Below, in pieces: positions 59,523 through 64,000 of a stretch of DNA of 64,000 nucleotides. The position numbers and the translations under genes are program-made. The number at the start of each line of letters is the position of its first letter. Within the stretch, counting starts at the first letter, position 1. The DNA is taken from NCBI GenBank assembly GCA_016906335.1, contig JADEYG010000001.1:310001-374000 (forward strand), written 5' to 3'. This DNA comes from Novakomyces olei (Eukaryota). The notes beneath the pieces were generated by a model. It did no database searches. It was not told the origin of the DNA and saw only the letters and a program-made list of their open reading frames with translations.

Positions 59523-59563
59523 AAACACCTACATCTAGCAAACGTTCACCGTAACACTAGAAA

Positions 59564-60415
59564 ATGGCTACTCCCGCATACAGTGATATTCCCAAGTTGG
59601 CCAATGATCTACTGGCCAAAGACTTTCCAGTGGGCTTTACTAAACTGGATGTCAAGACCCGGGCTCCGAACGGAGTGCAGTTTGCTGTGGCTGGAACCCA
59701 AGTTCCGGCAGGCGTAATCAATGGCCGTTTGGAGGCCAAGTACCCCGACCCAGCAAACGGCCTCACGCTTACGCAAGCGTGGGACACTGCCAATAAGCTG
59801 GATACCAAGATTGAAGTTCAGGATCAAATCGCAAAGGGACTTAAAGTCGACTTCAACAGCCGTTTCGTCCCGGACAATGCAAAGGACAAGAGCGCCAGTG
59901 TAGCTCTTGCATACAAGTATCCCAACTTGCACTCTCGCGCTTTTGTTGACGTGCTTAAGCGCTCCTTCCTCGGTGATATCACTGTCGGCCATGATGGCTT
60001 TTTGGCAGGTGCACAGGTCGGATACGATGTGCCTCTAGGCCAAATTTCCAACTATGCTGCTACTATCGGCTATGCTGCATTGCCTTATACTGTAGCGCTT
60101 CAGGCCACCAATAACCTTAGCGTTTTTGCTGCCTCGTACCACCACCGAGTGAACCCATTTGTGGAGGCTGCTGGAAAGGTTACTTGGGACGCCAAGGCAG
60201 CAGCTAACGCTGTCAACTTGGAGATTGGTACAAAGTACCGGTTGGACAGTGCTACTTTTGTCAAGGGCAAAATTAATAATGTCGGTTTGGCCAGCCTTTC
60301 ATATTTCCAAACCATTCGCCCTGGCGTGCTGGTTGGACTGGGTATGCAGCTTGATACCCAGCGTCTGAACGAGCCGGCTCACAAGCTTGGTCTGTCCCTC
60401 ACTTTTGAGGGTTAA
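59564..60415 (+). CDS. POR1: Mitochondrial outer membrane porin (VDAC)
   Basis: 283 aa; [15 protein letters not shown]-terminal helix, [30 protein letters not shown]. Confidence 0.96.
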   Translation: MATPAYSDIPKLANDLLAKDFPVGFTKLDVKTRAPNGVQFAVAGTQVPAGVINGRLEAKYPDPANGLTLTQAWDTANKLDTKIEVQDQIAKGLKVDFNSRFVPDNAKDKSASVALAYKYPNLHSRAFVDVLKRSFLGDITVGHDGFLAGAQVGYDVPLGQISNYAATIGYAALPYTVALQATNNLSVFAASYHHRVNPFVEAAGKVTWDAKAAANAVNLEIGTKYRLDSATFVKGKINNVGLASLSYFQTIRPGVLVGLGMQLDTQRLNEPAHKLGLSLTFEG

Positions 60416-61089
60416 GTTTGTAAAGAATAATCTATCGGAATAAAGTCGAACGGGGTGTTAGCATTTTTATTTTTATGCAAAGAGAAGCACGCGTATACAT
60501 GCTATCGTCAATCAACGCTTCTGATTTTAAATTAGTCTATGTTGTCAACAGAAAGGCAGGATCTGTTTTTGTTACTATCTGTTTCAAATAACTGTACTTC
60601 TGCTTTTCTTTCTTTGGGTGTAAACTCAAGGTTTGTACCGTTTTGTACCGTTTGCGTTGCTTTTCTTTTGTTGTTGCAATGTGGTTCTTTTCACCACGAA
60701 ATACTAGTATTACGTTATTAATGTTAATCGCCCTTCGATTTTACAATATATCAAAGTGTGACTGTAGACGCAAGCCCTCTATTTTTTCTATGTGTAGCTG
60801 TAATGTTGTAGTATAACCGATACTGACAAATGCACGGCAAGTCAGGGACCGCAAAAACCAATACTGATAGTAAAAATATTGTTAGATGAGACTAGCGGAG
60901 AATATAGAAAAACAGTTTTACGTGCGGCCCCCAAACTTAGTGTGATATGTTTTATCGAAACAGTTCACGAGCTTGTCTATAAATATCAATCAAAGTCATA
61001 CAAAGCATTGCTGCATCAACCTGCAAATGGCGTTGAACGTTTAGTTAAAATGCTTATAATGGATTAGAAATCAAGTGAGCAAATGATAT

Positions 61090-62004
61090 CTATCTATAAT
61101 CTCCATCCTCATACACTCCATCATCAGCCCCTATTCGCTCTACCAGCGAATATACGAAAACAGTGATAAGCGAGACACCGGCAAGAAAACCTATCGAATG
61201 CTTGCGCCGCAACTCGTCGTCATGTGCAGTACGAGCCCTTACGGCTTCACGGGCGGCCGCTGCTCTGGGACTATTCTCTCGTCGTTTTATATCTGCATCA
61301 TGCCGCGCAAAATGCTCGCTAAAATTAAAATGCTCATTGTTTGCATCATCGTGCCGTCCCCGGGAAACAAAAGAGCCATCGGCATTCATAAATGGCTCTT
61401 TACGAACAGAAGGAGAACTTGGACGTGGTGGGGGCCGTCTTCGTGACAGGCCTATAATAGCAATGTTAATAAAAATTTAGCGACAATGTAAGCTCCAAGT
61501 CAAAGATTTAGGATCGAAGGCTGGAAAAAATAATCATGACAACAATGAATAATAATATGACTTGGCCAACGTCTTGAGCAGTATAATAAACGCAATGATT
61601 CCTCTGCTAACTCAACCTTTGTTGATTCCGTATTGTTGATTCCGTAAAGTAAGAAAATAACAAGAGAATAATATATTTTAGCAAAATGTTGACTTACCTG
61701 ACGCTTGGCGCCCGCCAACTGGGCCCATCCGCGGCGCGTGCAATTGCAGCTCTTGATCGAATCGGCGCCTCCGTGATTCGTCCTTCAGAATATCGTACGA
61801 AGCACTGATCCGCGCAAACCGCTCTGTCGCCGTTTCATCGCCAGGATTGACGTCAGGATGTAATTGTTTAGTGAGACGGAAAAAGCTCTCACGGATCTGT
61901 TTGCGCGTCGCTTGCGGGGAAACATTTAGGACTTTATAATGATCCACATACTCGTTTCGTACAGTGGTGCAAGTGAAACAACGAATGAACTTTTGCGCCC
62001 ACAT
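61090..62004 (-). CDS. J-domain (DnaJ) protein with C-terminal transmembrane helix, probably mitochondrial; intron 61452-61697
   Basis: DHYKVLNV...LHPDVN...AYDIL-like (SYDILKD) J domain; the GTAAGT...TAG intron joins it in frame to the exon with IGFLAGVSLITVFVYSLV. Confidence 0.82.
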
Positions 62005-62836
62005 ACAATTGGCACTTCACTTTCATCATTAGCTCGGTAGGCAGAAACGGGAGAAATTAATATTAATATTTTCCTGTCTTTGGACATCACTGATAAAATA
62101 GAGGTTTATGCTATTTTAAAATCTGTGGTTAGTTAGGGTTAAACTGGCTGGGGTTAAGGTTGTGGCAATGACGTTTACGCCCGTATAGTATGGGACTACG
62201 GCTAATGGGAATTTTATACACTATTCCGACAAGTAATTCGAACGCGACTTTGGAGTAAGCAGTCAACGTCCCGCCAAGGCCTTGATCAGTAAGAAAACCC
62301 TGAATTATCCTTAAATTTCGAAAACCCTAAAACACGTGATTCGGCCTTACTAAGAGATGGAGCGTTTAGCCATAAACCGGATTAAGACCTGAATCATACG
62401 GTGTTCGAGACTTTGAGACACAAAGCCGTTTAGACTCGTTAAAGAAGTGCGAGACAAAAGCACGTATTCACTGGCGCCAGGCCACTATAAAATCGAGATC
62501 GATACTTCAGGCAGAAAGGAGTAGGCGGGTATTTAAACAGCCGGATCGAAAAGGGTTAAATGACCTGAGAGGCTATGGTCAACTAGCTTTACGTGTGCTG
62601 ATCCTGCAACAAGTCTCGTAAGCAGCGGGCTTCCACATCAAGCTTCCCTTTCTTTGAGACAGCTGGAAAGAAAGGGAAGCAGAGAAACGAGAGTGCCACC
62701 TTCTCGAGAGGAAGTGACTCATTGAACTTGGGAGCAAACGGCCAAGAATTAGAGCAAATCAAACCGCAAAATCGAATAGCAAACAAGGAGCAAAGGCAAC
62801 AAGAAACATTCAAAGCACAAACCTCATCACTTCAAG

Positions 62837-64000
62837 ATGAAAACACTTGCATTGCTATTTGCTTCTGCCCTATGTCTCTCTGCACAGCAAGTCTCCGCTC
62901 AGTCTTCTTCTACAATACATCCTTCGTCGTCTTCGACTGCTAGCGCCGCACCGTCTTCAACTACTACAGCAAGCGGACACGGAGGCGGTGGAGGAGGCGT
63001 TTCCTCTTCGCCTCTGCTATTCTTTGTGGCATTAGGCTTTGGAGTCCTCTTTACAAATCTGTGGATCGTTGTTGGGATCAAGTATTGCTTCCGCTACAAT
63101 GCACGAAGGCAGCGGATCCTTAACGGTACTATAACAGAAGCAGAATTAGCTCAGATGGGCGGTGGCAATGGGTCCCGTCGTCGAAGGGAAAAGAAGCTTA
63201 TGACGATTGAAGACGTAAATGAACGGTTCCCTATTTTAAAGTACAAGCAGTGGAGATCTGAGCGTGAAGCAGCCGGCTTACCCAGCCAGGGCGGATTCGA
63301 CCCTCAGCAGTCTCTATCACGTGCAGCCAGTATAAAATCGCGTCTAGAACAAGACGAAGGGCAAAACGCGCCGGCTGGATCTGGCCAGTATCCAGAGGAG
63401 TTACGCAATAGTGACTATAATGCAGAGACGCAAGAGCAGTCGACAGCCTATTCCAGTAATGATGAAAAGCTTGAAAAGACCCCCGTGATTCGACAAGTTT
63501 CGGCGGCAGGAACAGATATTTCTAGTGTCCAGGATAGGGAACCCGAGAGGCTTGGCAATGGTATTGAGATTGGCAGCAATAACATACATAATACAAGCAA
63601 TATCAATAGTGACGGATCTGGCCTTGTTGAGTGTATCAAGACGAAAGGAGAAACTAAACAAACCGGGACTGACGACGCTGATTCTAAAGCAGCCGCTGCA
63701 ACTTCTACAATAATAGTACCAAATTCAGCAACTGCAGTCAATACAATCGCAGAAGAAGAAGTAAAAGAGCAAGCTGACGAGGAAAGAAACTCTTTAAGCG
63801 CAGATATCGTCTCTGGCGACACTTGTGCCATTTGCATCGATGTTCTTGAGGATGACGATGACGTACGTGCCCTAACTTGCAGTCACGTGTTCCATGCCTC
63901 GTGCATTGATCCCTGGCTCACGAGTCGAAGGGCTATTTGCCCGCTTTGCAAGGCTGATTATTATGTCGGCGGCAATTTTGATCATGACGATCATGAACAC
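62837..64000 (+). CDS. Membrane-anchored RING-H2 E3 ubiquitin ligase (runs off the window end)
   Basis: Not in the ORF track because there is no stop in the window. Signal peptide MKTLALLFASALCLSA, TM SSPLLFFVALGFGVLFTNLWIVVGIKYCFRY, RING-H2 CAICIDVLEDDDDVRALTCSHVFHASCIDPWLTSRRAICPLCK. Confidence 0.9.
   Translation, partial: MKTLALLFASALCLSAQQVSAQSSSTIHPSSSSTASAAPSSTTTASGHGGGGGGVSSSPLLFFVALGFGVLFTNLWIVVGIKYCFRYNARRQRILNGTITEAELAQMGGGNGSRRRREKKLMTIEDVNERFPILKYKQWRSEREAAGLPSQGGFDPQQSLSRAASIKSRLEQDEGQNAPAGSGQYPEELRNSDYNAETQEQSTAYSSNDEKLEKTPVIRQVSAAGTDISSVQDREPERLGNGIEIGSNNIHNTSNINSDGSGLVECIKTKGETKQTGTDDADSKAAAATSTIIVPNSATAVNTIAEEEVKEQADEERNSLSADIVSGDTCAICIDVLEDDDDVRALTCSHVFHASCIDPWLTSRRAICPLCKADYYVGGNFDHDDHEH

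Overview
Eukaryotic (ascomycete fungal) genomic DNA. Two gene-rich flanks with short introns enclose a gene-free ~38 kb island of nested LTR retrotransposons (~18.3-56.0 kb). Left flank (1-18.2 kb): AsnRS, DHA1 MFS transporter, PalB/Rim13 calpain, COG3, U1-type Zn-finger protein, a hypothetical protein and AlaRS. Right flank (56.4-64 kb): UPF0662/DUF2408-like protein, VDAC porin, J-domain protein and RING-H2 membrane protein. The island holds three young full-length Ty3/Gypsy chromoviruses (called A, B, C here; paired LTRs look identical by eye, 5-bp TSDs intact, Tf1-type self-priming PBS, GGGAAAA -1 frameshift site), many solo LTRs and decayed Ty1/Copia fragments. The main result is that every full-length element carries an accessory nuclear-regulator gene between the integrase chromodomain and the 3' LTR. 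Element A carries a sense C2H2 zinc finger + JmjC (KDM2/Jhd1/Epe1-like) gene with intact Fe(II)/2OG ligands, and a diverged, LTR-interrupted homologue lies in the same PPT-adjacent position at 32.8-34.6 kb. Elements B and C carry antisense Zn(II)2Cys6 + coiled-coil genes. This suggests retrotransposon-encoded anti-silencing or transactivation systems. All calls are from reading the sequence by eye; no database searches were run, so novelty is unverified.
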